From the NCBI GenBank assembly GCA_963769025.1, contig CAVYKI010000012.1, forward strand, positions 384,001 through 448,000: a stretch of 64,000 nucleotides of DNA, given 5' to 3'. The first letter of the stretch is position 1. Each line of letters starts with the position of its first letter. The DNA is from an uncultured Verrucomicrobiae bacterium. GTDB taxonomy: Bacteria; Verrucomicrobiota; Verrucomicrobiia; Chthoniobacterales; Chthoniobacteraceae. Below are positions 21,579 to 29,925 of the stretch, one piece after another. The notes below the pieces were generated by a model, which saw only the letters and a program-made list of their open reading frames with translations, was not told where the DNA came from and did not search any database. The translations under genes were made by a program, and so were the position numbers.

Positions 21579-22420
21579 TTTGTGTGAAGTTCGATTTCCG
21601 TCTCCTCGGGGACCAAATCGTAGCCCACCCCGAAGCCTGCACTACGCGCCGCATCCACGTAAGCCTCGAACTCATCCGTCGCGGATGGCTTGCCATAAAA
21701 TACGACGTACTGCTTCTGCGCGCTCAGCCCGCCGAGGGCGGTGCGAAACTCGGCAAGGGTGCTTCCACCTGATTTGTCCTGCGTGTCGAACCGCTGGAGT
21801 GTCCAGCGCCGCGCAGCCAATTGCGCGATGACCGGTTCGCGGTTGGTGGCTGATGGCTCCGGGATGAGACGCAGCACATTCTGCCGCTGCTGTTCTGTGA
21901 GGACGGCGGCCTGCGCCTGTTCCGCTGCGCGTGCGGCGGCTTGCGCTGCCGCGGCGCGCTCTGCGGCAGCGGCTTCCAATTTTTTGATTTCAGCACGGCA
22001 CGGCTCCATGCCTGCGCTGAGCCGGGCAAAAACCTCCGCACGCTGTCCCGCACCAGCGTCGGGACGGATGTCGGCCGTCTCAGCACGGATGCGGGCATTA
22101 CGTCCAGCGAGCGCATTGGCATCGGCGCGCAACCCCGCCGCGCGCGAGGCGAGTTCGGCAGGGGTTGCCTGCCCGCCGCGCACAGCGGCGGCACGCTCAG
22201 CCATGCGACGGGCGGTGGAGAGTTCATCGAGCAAGGCCGCCAGGCGGGCTTCTTGGGCGACGGTTGCGCGCTCTTGCTCAAGCATCGGATTCGCGGAGCC
22301 AAGATTGAGGGACAGCAATAGCGTGACGATGATCAGGATGCCGCTCACAGCCGTAATGATGTCCTGAAAAGCAAAGAAGCTGATCGGCGATCCCGTCTGA
22401 CGCAGTTTCCGGCGGAGCAT
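21575..22420 (-). CDS. ExbD/MotB-like single-TM subunit A (coiled coil + C-terminal alpha/beta domain)
   Basis: MLRRK...ISFFAFQDIITAVSGILIIVTLLLSL: Asp-containing TM; coiled coil; C-terminal YVVFYGKPSATDEF...AGFGVGYDLV; lies directly after the MotA/TolQ/ExbB gene. Confidence 0.6.
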   Translation of the reverse strand: MLRRKLRQTGSPISFFAFQDIITAVSGILIIVTLLLSLNLGSANPMLEQERATVAQEARLAALLDELSTARRMAERAAAVRGGQATPAELASRAAGLRADANALAGRNARIRAETADIRPDAGAGQRAEVFARLSAGMEPCRAEIKKLEAAAAERAAAAQAAARAAEQAQAAVLTEQQRQNVLRLIPEPSATNREPVIAQLAARRWTLQRFDTQDKSGGSTLAEFRTALGGLSAQKQYVVFYGKPSATDEFEAYVDAARSAGFGVGYDLVPEETEIELHTK

Positions 22421-22423
22421 GAC

Positions 22424-23311
22424 TCAGGAGGGATCGCGCAGCCTCAACTTTGAGGCAACGTGCGCGTGGCAGTAGTCGTTGCACCCATCCAGAAACTCGC
22501 TTTCGCGCGCTTGCAGCATCGTCGAACGCAGTTGGATAATCAGTGCGGCGACAAGCGCGATGAGGGTTGTCTCAAACGCCGTGGCCAGACCGGCGGTCAC
22601 GTTGCCGAGCGATTCCTTCACCAGTGAAAAGTCGTTCCCGGCCTGAAGTGTGCCGCTGAACGCCGCGATCGCCTGGCTCAAGCCGAGGACCGTTCCAATG
22701 AAACCGAGCACCGGAATCGCCCAAGTCAGCCCCTGAACGAGTGTGTAGCTCGACGCGACCTGCTCCTCATCGTGCTCGGATTGCGTTTTCAATATCTGCG
22801 CAACGTCGCCGACCTGGCCGATGTTGTGGAGGTTCGAGAGCGCGCGTTCGATCCGGTTCAGCAGGATAAAATGGGACGTGCTGTCCACGAGCGTGTGGAT
22901 GCGGTCGAGCACGATGCGCGCAGTGGTGGGAGTGAGGACAAATTCGGGCTGCTGGGGCAGCGCAGCGACATCGAGCGCCGACATTTGGAGACCCAGCTTG
23001 CGCTTTTTCAAAAACAGGATCGAAAGCGCCCAAAAGAAAAAGAGCATGGTCGGATAAGGGCAGATCCCCCGCTCCAGAAACATGGCGGTAAGCCAGCGCG
23101 CCTGCGGCCATTGCCGGGCGACGAGCACGATCATGCCGTAAAATGCGACCGTCAGCAGCGCGCCGATGAGGAACGCGAGCGTCTTGTTGGCCGTGGTGAA
23201 GCGACCTCCGCGAAAGCCGAGGCGCTGCTCGAAATCGCGGCGCGTCCAGTGCAGTTGAAATCGCTCGGGAGCGAGAGGATTTGCTTCAGCGGTTGAAGGG
23301 TCGGTAGTCAT
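22424..23311 (-). CDS. MotA/TolQ/ExbB proton channel family protein
   Basis: WAIPVLGFIGTVLGLSQAI and GLATAFETTLIALVAAL signature helices; two additional N-terminal TMs. Confidence 0.9.
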   Translation of the reverse strand: MTTDPSTAEANPLAPERFQLHWTRRDFEQRLGFRGGRFTTANKTLAFLIGALLTVAFYGMIVLVARQWPQARWLTAMFLERGICPYPTMLFFFWALSILFLKKRKLGLQMSALDVAALPQQPEFVLTPTTARIVLDRIHTLVDSTSHFILLNRIERALSNLHNIGQVGDVAQILKTQSEHDEEQVASSYTLVQGLTWAIPVLGFIGTVLGLSQAIAAFSGTLQAGNDFSLVKESLGNVTAGLATAFETTLIALVAALIIQLRSTMLQARESEFLDGCNDYCHAHVASKLRLRDPS

Positions 23312-23957
23312 CGAGGGTGGCGTAGATTATGCAAAAGGTCGTCACCGCGAGGATCGCGTACGCGATGAGAATCCCGGCAAGCGCAAGGCCTCGCCCCCCG
23401 ATGGCGTCATCCCTTTTCATCGCACTCAGCGCGATGTGGCCATAGAGCAGGGCGAGAGCCGTGGAGAGGCTGATCCCCCAGCCGCACAGGCTCAGCCAGC
23501 GCGGCATCCGCTCCGAGATGAGCACGACGGAGGCGCAAAAAAGGACGGCGCTCAAAATGCCGAACACCAGCGCGGCGACGGCAAGTCCGCTCATCTGCGG
23601 AAGCTCCCCGTGATGAAAAGGCGGCGGGACGGCGCTGGGTGCAACGCCATAAGCCGGTGGCGCAGGCATCGGTTCAGCCCGGCGCTCCGCGAGCTGAAGC
23701 CTGTCCTCCAGCGCGGCATTGCGGTTCCGCTGGGCGCTGAGTTCTCGCTCCAGCTGCGCCTGTTCGTTTGCGCGAGCGCCGCGCTGGTTCGATTCGAGTT
23801 GATCGATCCATTCTCCGACCGGACGCCAGCCGTCCCCGGCCTGGACGCGGTGGAGACGGCTGATCTCGCCCGCGGCGAGACGCGCCCGGATATCCGTCAG
23901 GGTAAAGCTCCCCAGCACACGCCCTTTCCATTCGATTTCAAACGTCTGAAGGTTCAT
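23286..23957 (-). CDS. GYF_2-like + coiled coil + Pro-rich + DUF4190-like membrane protein
   Basis: WKGRVLGSFTLTDIRARLAAGEIS...GWRPVGEW (GYF_2-like); SGLAVAALVFGILS...YGHIALSAMKR...GGRGLALAGILIAY (DUF4190-like). Start overlaps the upstream stop (ATGA). Confidence 0.75.
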   Translation of the reverse strand: MNLQTFEIEWKGRVLGSFTLTDIRARLAAGEISRLHRVQAGDGWRPVGEWIDQLESNQRGARANEQAQLERELSAQRNRNAALEDRLQLAERRAEPMPAPPAYGVAPSAVPPPFHHGELPQMSGLAVAALVFGILSAVLFCASVVLISERMPRWLSLCGWGISLSTALALLYGHIALSAMKRDDAIGGRGLALAGILIAYAILAVTTFCIIYATLDDYRPFNR

Positions 23958-26932
23958 CGCTTTGGTGCCACGAGCGGGATTTTTTCCATCATTTCCGCGG
24001 GCAATTCTCCGAGGTAAAACCCGCGCGCAATGGCGAGAAGGTCGGCGGTTTTCACAGGGACGAAAACCACGGGTGCGAGCGGATGCGCCGGTTTCGCATC
24101 GAGGGCGACGAGCTGCGCATTTGCGTCGAGCGTCCACAGCGCAAACCCCGCGCGCGCCTCGCCGCGCAGGACGGGCTTTCCGGTCGCATCGATGTAGCCG
24201 CCGAGCGTAAGCCCGGCCTTCATCACCCCGGAGATGATGGAATGCGCGGCGCGCGCCTCGGCGTAATATTTTCGGGTCGCGCAGCGCTCCATGAGAGGTT
24301 TGAGCGCCGCATCGCGGGCGGACAGAATCCAGTCCGAACTGCGAGGCGCGGAGTCTGCGACGAGGGAGCGGAGTTCCGCGATATCGGTGCGGAGACTGCG
24401 ACAATAGTGAAGCCCCCACGCGTTGGGACGAAAATCGGCGACATACGCGAGCTTCGCCAGGAGGTAGGCGCGGAAGGACGGCGGCGTCTTCGTGAGCGAT
24501 GCGACGCGCTCGAATTGCCGGAGCAGCGGCAATTCGTACTTCGCGCCGTCGGCATCCGTCATCCGATCGAGATCCAGTGATCGAAACGCCGCCGTCGCGG
24601 GGCTTTCGCGGATATCCGTCAGTTCGTCGCCCGCACGGCCTGCCGGCAAAATGCGGAGCGTGAAAGTCGTGTTGTGGAAATTCACCCCCGGCAGCTTGTC
24701 CTTCGGATCGAAAAACTTTCCGCTCCACGAACGGTTCTGAACGCCGGCATCGCCCGTCCCGGAAGGCTCGCCGATTTTCCCCTGGGTGAAAACTTTCCGC
24801 CGCCCGCCGGCGGCGCTCACGACCGTCGCTTCGTGGACCGAATTCAGCAACGGATCGTCCCGGAGCGCAAAAAAACCGTTCAGCTCCGCCTCCAGAACAT
24901 TCTTCGGCTTCCACGGGTCCGCCCCATCCTTTTTCACCGCCTGCCAGGCCACCGCGTCATCCGGGATCAAGAGCGCGGCCAGCAGCGCATCCGTCGTTGG
25001 GAATTCCGCCGCGAGCTTGCCCGCAGCCTGGACCTCGGGTGAGGCGGAAAGCTGCGAGGCCTTGAAGGCATCGAGCGCCGCACGATACGCCGCAAGATCC
25101 GCGGCCTTCAGCAGCCCTTCGCGATACTGCGCCAGGGTGTCGAGTTCGCCGCGGATGAGATTTGCCCGCTGGCGGACTGCGGTGAAGCGCGCCGCGAGCG
25201 CAGCAGGAAGAGCCAGGGCTTTGAGCGGAGGATTCACCCGGGCCTCGAAGGCGCGCAGTGCCGGTTCCATCTCTGCCATCGTTGCCGTCAGCGCGTCCGC
25301 CGGGGCATCCAGCCGCAGCTTTTCCTGCACCTCGGATTCAAAATGCGCCAGCTCGGCATCCGCCGTGCGCGCCAGGCTCTCGCGCTCCACTGCCACCCAC
25401 GCCTCGAACAACGTGCGCGCGGCATCCAGCCGTGTCTGCAACCCCAGGCGCAAACTCTTCGGAAGCGACCCGATCTGGCCTGCGGTGATGTCGAGTTGCG
25501 ACGACACAGCGGATGGATCCACGGATACAAATTTGGCCGCGCTCTGCTTTTCGATTCCGGCGAGCAGGCCGTCCGCATCGGCCGCCATGCGGCGAGAGTC
25601 GCGGGTCCAGGCTGTTGTTTTTTCGATCTGCGCGTGGAGCTGCGGCCGCGCCGCCAGCCCGGGCCGGTCTGCGCGCAGCGATGCGGCCAGCCGCTCCGCC
25701 GGCTCGATTTCACCAGCGGCCTGGAGATGCGCGAGCTGCTGTTGAAAATCGCCGGCGCTCTGCGCACGCCACCACCACCACCCGGCTCCGCTCACCACGA
25801 TCAGCCCCACGGCCGCAAGCAGGGTTATTTTCACAACGCGCGCACGCTGGAGGCGCTGCCGTTCCGCGCGCACCGCCGCAGCGGAGGTGCGCGCCGCGTT
25901 CAGGATTTCGTCCCTCACGGGACGCCCAAACGCTTCGACTTCCTTCCATGCCCGTTCGAGCCCCAGAAGCATCTCCGCGGAGTCTGCCGCGGTGAGCGGC
26001 TGCCGCGCGCGGAGCCGCGCCCCGGCTTCCGCAGAGAGACCACTCAGGCGGGATGCGGCACTTGCAAAACGCGCTTCCTCCTCGGCCGCAGCCCTCTCGC
26101 GGTCCACCCAGCTTTTCGTGCTCTGAAAAACATCGCCACTTTCGCCGCTGAGCACAAACCCATGCTCCTCCGCGAGTGCCGCCATCCGCCCGAGGATCGC
26201 AGCCGCCCCGCGCCAGTCCCCGGCTTCCCGCAAACCCGCCAATCCCCCCGCCGCCTCGCGAGCCTCCGCAGCGGCAGCCCGCGCAAGCGCCTCGCGGCGG
26301 AGACCGAGGGCACGGTCGTAATCCGCGGTCCCCTCCAGTTCGCGCGCCGCGGGGATGCGCTCCAATGCGTCGAGCGTGGCAAGCGTGCCCGCCTCATCCC
26401 CGGCTTGCAGGCAGCCTTGCAGCCGCGTCTTGAGCCCTTGGAACGCCTTGTTCTCCAGCCGCGCGAGTTCCAGCTTCGCATTCGCATCCGTGGGATTCAG
26501 CCGCGCGATGGTGCGGATGATGCCGAGCGCCCGTGTGTCGTCGCGCGCCGTGACCGCCGCGCGATAGTCGCGATACAGCAGATGATTCGCCGAAACGCCG
26601 CGCCGGTAAAGCGCATCGAGCGCATCCACGGCCCGCGAATCAAACGGCGGCGCAAACGGAAGCCCGAGCTGCGCGCACACATCCGCCCACTTCCGCGCAT
26701 CGGCAAAGCTGAGCGCCGCCAGCAGGTCGAGCAACGGCGGCTCCGCCTCGGCAAGTTGCAGCGTCTGGTACTCGCTCCCCTTCGCCAGCATCGCCGCGCA
26801 AGTATCCAGCCGCGCCACCGCATCCGCGCACGCCCCGCTATAATCCGCCGCCAGCGTCTCCACCGCGACCCCCGGCGGATTCCCCGCGAGGTAATCTCGG
26901 ATGTGACGGATGAGTTTGTGGACGTTGTTCAT
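23954..26932 (-). CDS. Large (about 990 aa) helical single-TM hypothetical protein
   Basis: Uninterrupted ORF with coupled start/stop at both ends; helical TPR-like N-terminal part, central TM (ITLLAAVGLIVVSGAGWWWW), long helical C-terminal part. Confidence 0.8.
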   Translation of the reverse strand: MNNVHKLIRHIRDYLAGNPPGVAVETLAADYSGACADAVARLDTCAAMLAKGSEYQTLQLAEAEPPLLDLLAALSFADARKWADVCAQLGLPFAPPFDSRAVDALDALYRRGVSANHLLYRDYRAAVTARDDTRALGIIRTIARLNPTDANAKLELARLENKAFQGLKTRLQGCLQAGDEAGTLATLDALERIPAARELEGTADYDRALGLRREALARAAAAEAREAAGGLAGLREAGDWRGAAAILGRMAALAEEHGFVLSGESGDVFQSTKSWVDRERAAAEEEARFASAASRLSGLSAEAGARLRARQPLTAADSAEMLLGLERAWKEVEAFGRPVRDEILNAARTSAAAVRAERQRLQRARVVKITLLAAVGLIVVSGAGWWWWRAQSAGDFQQQLAHLQAAGEIEPAERLAASLRADRPGLAARPQLHAQIEKTTAWTRDSRRMAADADGLLAGIEKQSAAKFVSVDPSAVSSQLDITAGQIGSLPKSLRLGLQTRLDAARTLFEAWVAVERESLARTADAELAHFESEVQEKLRLDAPADALTATMAEMEPALRAFEARVNPPLKALALPAALAARFTAVRQRANLIRGELDTLAQYREGLLKAADLAAYRAALDAFKASQLSASPEVQAAGKLAAEFPTTDALLAALLIPDDAVAWQAVKKDGADPWKPKNVLEAELNGFFALRDDPLLNSVHEATVVSAAGGRRKVFTQGKIGEPSGTGDAGVQNRSWSGKFFDPKDKLPGVNFHNTTFTLRILPAGRAGDELTDIRESPATAAFRSLDLDRMTDADGAKYELPLLRQFERVASLTKTPPSFRAYLLAKLAYVADFRPNAWGLHYCRSLRTDIAELRSLVADSAPRSSDWILSARDAALKPLMERCATRKYYAEARAAHSIISGVMKAGLTLGGYIDATGKPVLRGEARAGFALWTLDANAQLVALDAKPAHPLAPVVFVPVKTADLLAIARGFYLGELPAEMMEKIPLVAPKR

Positions 26933-29917
26933 TGAATCTTGAAAAGAACGAGTGTCAGCCAAGGTGCGTTGCCTGACGGCTGAATCAGGAGGCGATATTC
27001 ACCCGCCGGCAAAACATCCTTCATGTGCAGCGGATGATCCCTGAGTGCGGCTAAAATCTTTTGCGACTCAGCGGCCTTCTTGGCTGCTGTCTTGCCCAGC
27101 TCCGCCTCGTTCTGTAACGCAACGAGAAGATTCTGGAGTTCTTTCAGCCGGTCAATTTTTTGGTCACGGATTCTTTTTAGGCTCTTCTTCTCATCATCAT
27201 TTTTTCCCTCTCCCATGCGCGACTTCCAACGTGCTATTGCTTTATCCACCGCTTCGACGGCACCGGGAATAACACTTGGTAGTGGCTCGTTCGCTTTCAG
27301 ATTCAAGAGACTCGTCCCGACGTTGAACAGCGCCTCGTACTCGCCAGAACTTCCGTAGGATTGCAGATGGCGTCCAAAGGTGTCGGGTTTGATCGGATGC
27401 GAAAGCAGCGGGATCTCCGAAACTTGGGCGTCAGGTTGCTTTTTCTGTCTGGCTTCTTTCTCCGCCGCTTCGCGCCTCTGCTTATTTTCCTGTTCGATGA
27501 CTTTGTTGATCGGCTCCAAAGTCGCAACAAGGTGCTCGGACGGTTTTCCATCAACAATTGCCTGCTGGTCCTGATAGCTTTTCTTCTCGGTAACGATGCG
27601 GTTGTTCAGTGCGGTCACAATCCCTTCAAGCGAGGCCGAACCAGATGCTTCGACCGGGATGCGATGCTTTTCAGTTGGGATCTGCGGCGAGCAGGAACTC
27701 GGTAATTCCAAGACTAGCATTGGCGCTAGAGTTCTCGCCTTTTCGCACAGATCGAGCGCTTCGCTGCTCATGATGCGCAAGCGGTCGTTTTCGCGCTGCA
27801 AGCCGCCTTTTTCCACCACACGCAGCGGCGCAGGATTGTCAGCGAGAGTGACCCAAGCGGTAAGCAAGCACTTACCGCCCATCTGCAGTCGCAATTCGTA
27901 TGGTGGGGCCAGTGATGCCTGGCCTGCGGAGAACTCACCGCTTTTCTCATTCCAAACAAACGCCTTCTTTTGGTCGGTAACCTTGAACAAAAAACCGTCC
28001 CCTTGCCGTTTGAGTACCATTTCCATTGCCTTCGGCACCTGGTGTTTTCAGCCACGGCTCGGCTCCGGACTTTTTCAGTTCAGCGGCGAACACTTTCCAC
28101 TCTTCAGATTTCTCCGGGTTGAGGACGATCATCAAATCTCCCTCGAAGCGCTTCTTCTCTTCGGAGCTTTTCTTCTCTTTGGAGCTGTCCGGTTCCTGTT
28201 TTTTTGGGTCGTCCGCTGCAATTGCTCGCTTTGGTGGAGGCTTGCCAGCGTTTGCAAGCGTCACCAGCCAAGCCGGCCACAGGTGGCGGCGCTCTTTGAG
28301 CAGAGCTTCCATTTTTTCGTTATTTCCGTGCGCCGCAACAACAGCTTCCCAATCCTCAATTAGTTTTTCAACTTTCGGCCCGCCTTCCTCATTTCGGAGG
28401 TCGCTCGGCAATGCTTCGAAGTGCTTGCGGAACCAGCCGGGCGTGCGTTCACCCGGCGGGAGTTCAATCGCCGCGAACAGGCGGTCCGCCCACAGCTTTT
28501 CCACGGCATTACGCGTATCCTCAAAAAGATGCGGGGCTAGCCGCTTCAGGAGCTTGGAGTCCGCTTTTTCGATCTGGTCGCGTAGAGCGTGAAGCGCGTC
28601 GAGTTGCGCCGCCTTCACAGGGGACTGTTCTATTTTCAACAACTCCTGCTGGTGGGCGTGGAATTTCCCGTGAAGAGAAAACAACTCGCTCACAGTTTCA
28701 GGAACCGGAAGACCCGTGCCGCCGGCGTTGAACAGGGTAATCGGTTGCTCGGCCTGCGGCAGCGGTGGCGAAAGCTTAGACTTTTGCGTTTTCAACGCTG
28801 CGGCGGTGTCTTCGGTGGCTCTGGCAAGGGCGATGGACGCATCGAGTTTTGCGGCTGGCACCTCGGCGAGTTCCGCCCCGGTCTCATCGCTGAAAACACT
28901 GCGGAATGTGTCCCGGATTTGTTGGCGCTGGTTTTTGACTCCGTCACTCTCCCGCATGATGAAAAACATCCCGCCCGCCACCACTGCGACGATCGCGGCA
29001 GCAAGGCCGATCCAGATCGCGGTGCGGCTTCCGCGTTCACGGCGCGGGCGGGTGGCGAGGGCCAGTTTTTCGTCGAAGAGATTGCCGATTTTCGCGGGCG
29101 CGGCGCCCATCGGGGAGGACATCGGGAAACTCGCGTCATCGGGCACGCGCGAAGTGGAATGGGCACCGGCGGTCTCGAAGGTCTGCGCAGGCGGAATCGG
29201 GAGTGTATGCGGCGCAGTGAGGTCCAGGATGGCACGCCCATTCTCCGCATTTGCACGCAGGGGTGAATCGGCCGGGAGGGCGAGCCAGCGAAAGTCTGCC
29301 AGTTCATCTCCGGTCTGAAGGAAAGTGGTGAATGTCGCCTGCCACGATTGCGCCAAAGAGCGCCCCAGCGATTCGGCGAAGATCGCGAGCACATCGGCAC
29401 CACGCGGGAGGATGAGGCAGGCGGCGCGCGCGGGCTGGAGCAGTTCGGCGTGACGGGATTCGCCCGTGGCAGCCTGCCATGCGGAAGCACGCCCCGGCTG
29501 GCGACGGAAGCGCCCGAGCGCGACTTCGTCTCCGCCATCCAGCCACCGCGGAGCATCGCTCCACACGGGACGCCATTCCATTTGCGCAAGCACATCGGCT
29601 GGCGACGGCGCAGCGGAGCCGAGTGCGGCGATCTCACGCGGTTCGACGATGAGGTGGTGAGCGATGTGGTTCGTGCGGCCGGTGTAGTCGGCTCCGGCAT
29701 CGCGGATGCACGTGAGGACGTGATAGCGCGAGCCTCCGGCGGTGAGGATGCGATGCGCCAGAACCACGCCGCCAGCAACGCGGTCGAACTGGCTGTCGCG
29801 CTCGATGGCGGTGACGAGCAACGGATGAATGGCACGGTGCCGGGCGACCGTTCCGAAGCCGGAGCGGCCTGCTTCGAGCAGGCGCGGCGCGCTGGTGTAG
29901 ATGAGTTGCCAGGCCAT
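26929..29917 (-). CDS. GAP1-N2-like GTPase-associated protein with TM and a variable C-terminal region; one frameshift near 28040
   Basis: MAWQLIYTSAPRLLEAGRSGFGTVA...DAGADYTGRTNHIAHHLIV matches my recollection of the GAP1-N2 domain; ...SWQATFTT...FRW middle domain; TM (IWIGLAAAIVAVVAGGMFF); Lys/Glu-rich lower-GC tail continuing in ORF 26929-28038. Confidence 0.7.
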
Positions 29918-29925
29918 TTTTTCGG

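Noticed and set aside
20664..23311. Zorya (zorAB), flagellar stator or ordinary TonB/Tol-Pal system
   Set aside because: No OmpA-like domain on the B-type subunits, no long ZorA tail, no ZorC/D/E, TonB, TolB/Pal or flagellar genes; two distinct B-type genes instead.
23286..24914. 542-aa ORF as listed in the track
   Set aside because: Only the last 223 aa (from ATG 23957) are plausible; the upstream part overlaps the 23954-26932 gene in another frame.
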